From Sphyrna mokarran (lineage: Eukaryota), in the NCBI GenBank assembly GCA_024679065.1, contig JAGIQG010000007.1:43214001-43278000 (forward strand): DNA of 64,000 nucleotides, written 5' to 3'. This document shows, piece by piece, positions 62,701 to 64,000 of this stretch; position 1 is the stretch's first letter; the number at the start of each line of letters is the position of its first letter. The notes under the pieces were generated by a model, which saw only the letters and a program-made list of their open reading frames with translations, ran no database searches and was not told the DNA's origin. The translations under genes and the position numbers were made by a program.

Positions 62701-63737
62701 TACCATTTTATTTGCACCCATGCTCTGTATTTTTGATAGCTTTTGTTTCTCTGTTGTTGCAGTATCAGAATGTTTATATGATATTTTAAACTTCCCAGTT
62801 GGTTTCTTAGCAGCAGGACCTCAATCAGAAAACAAATTGAATCTCGTAGTGTATATTGCAGTGAGTAAAACAATAGGGCTTGCATTAATGATGGAAAATG
62901 CAGTTGCCAATTTATTTTCAATATGAAATCTTAAAAGTGTAATATAAAATCATGTAACTTGTTTAATTATGTATTACAAGTAAAAAATCTGTGTAAAATC
63001 TAAAATAAATACCCGTTTGTAACAATATTTAGGTGGAGTCTGTCAATTAATTCATTGAACTTGGATATTTTAATTTATTTGTATCTTTAAAACACAATTA
63101 ATAATATTCTGTTTCAAACTAACTTCAATTGTTTTACAATTTATTATAAAACTTTTGGACTTGATTCTGCAGTACAGTATGTGTAATGCATTCTGTAACC
63201 CATCTATATTTATTTATTAGGTTATTGTTCTACTAAAACAATGATAAGGAGAATTCCAAATATCCCTATATTCACGTGCTATTGTAATCTGCAGCACAAT
63301 TTCAGGACTATAATTTTTGGAAAACAGCCCCTTTTTCTCTAAAAAAAAATATGCACAGCCAGAAACAGGAAATTGTCAGCGGTTAAAGGGTTAAGCGGTG
63401 AAGACAATGAACGTACTGCTGAATTCAAACCTTCAAATACATCTGTATTTTAGAGTCACCCCAGGCAGCGTATATGGCATCAGCAATGGAACTTATTACA
63501 AGAGAAGCTTTTGTTCATAGATGCTTCTAGTAGAGAAGTGAAAATGCGAGTACAAAGAACGCATGGTCTCAATGCCCACATTTTGTATTGATTTCATTAT
63601 GTATTGAAAGGCCCTCACTCAATATACTACTTAAATTTGATTACTTATTAGTAATAGAATGTAGAAATATATTTTGTTTACCAATGTAAGTGTGGTCGAG
63701 AAGAAAATATTTTCATTAAAAAAAATTACTTTTGCAG

Positions 63738-63827
63738 AATTCTACTTTGACTATTGAAGAATTTCATTCCAAGCTTCAAGAAGCTACGAATTTTCCTCTC
63801 CGACCTTTTGTTATACCGTTTCTAAAG
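63738..63827 (+). CDS. RUNX1T1: RUNX1T1 exon 4 (90 nt; [30 protein letters not shown]), NHR1/TAFH domain
   Basis: ttttgcag acceptor and gtattt donor, phase 0/0. The peptide equals the recalled ETO TAFH segment. The gene continues beyond the window. Confidence 0.97.
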
Positions 63828-64000
63828 GTATTTATGACATTTTTCACTTATCTTCTAACCCGTTCAACCTTTTGTTAAGCACTTGGTATAGTCAGTACTG
63901 TAGCAGGTACTTCCTGGGTTAAACCCTTGTGTTGCTGGAATGTTATAATAATACACTATATGATATATTATCAAGTTAAAGTGTCTCATAGCTCTTAACT

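Noticed and set aside
1-64000. Novel prokaryote-style system (CRISPR array, operon, defence island)
   Set aside because: The sequence is intron-rich vertebrate DNA. There are no regularly spaced direct repeats or dense long ORFs.

Overview
This is vertebrate genomic DNA, most likely from a shark, judging by HE1-type V-SINEs, HER1/CR1 LINEs and SacSINE1-like DeuSINEs. The window holds the 5' half of RUNX1T1 (ETO/MTG8/CBFA2T1) on the + strand. Three internal coding exons are clear: 47291-47428, 48202-48443 and 63738-63827, encoding the N-terminus and the start of the NHR1/TAFH domain. Three candidate alternative first exons (coding ends at 12144, 15729 and 38758) all have phase-1 GT donors compatible with the first internal exon. 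The rest is intron or upstream DNA: repeat-poor AT-rich blocks around the promoters alternate with dense, nested transposon relics (CR1, Rex1/Babar, a Gypsy LTR element, Harbinger-like TIR elements, Penelope-like ends, SINEs) and a 28S rRNA fragment. Nearly all ORFs in the supplied track are spurious or TE debris. I found no CRISPR array, operon or convincing new multi-gene system. The most notable items are a conserved but frameshifted alternative first exon, two decayed minimal hammerhead ribozymes, a 28S-derived retrocopy and a ~90-bp foldback hairpin. Homology statements come from recalled sequences, not database searches.
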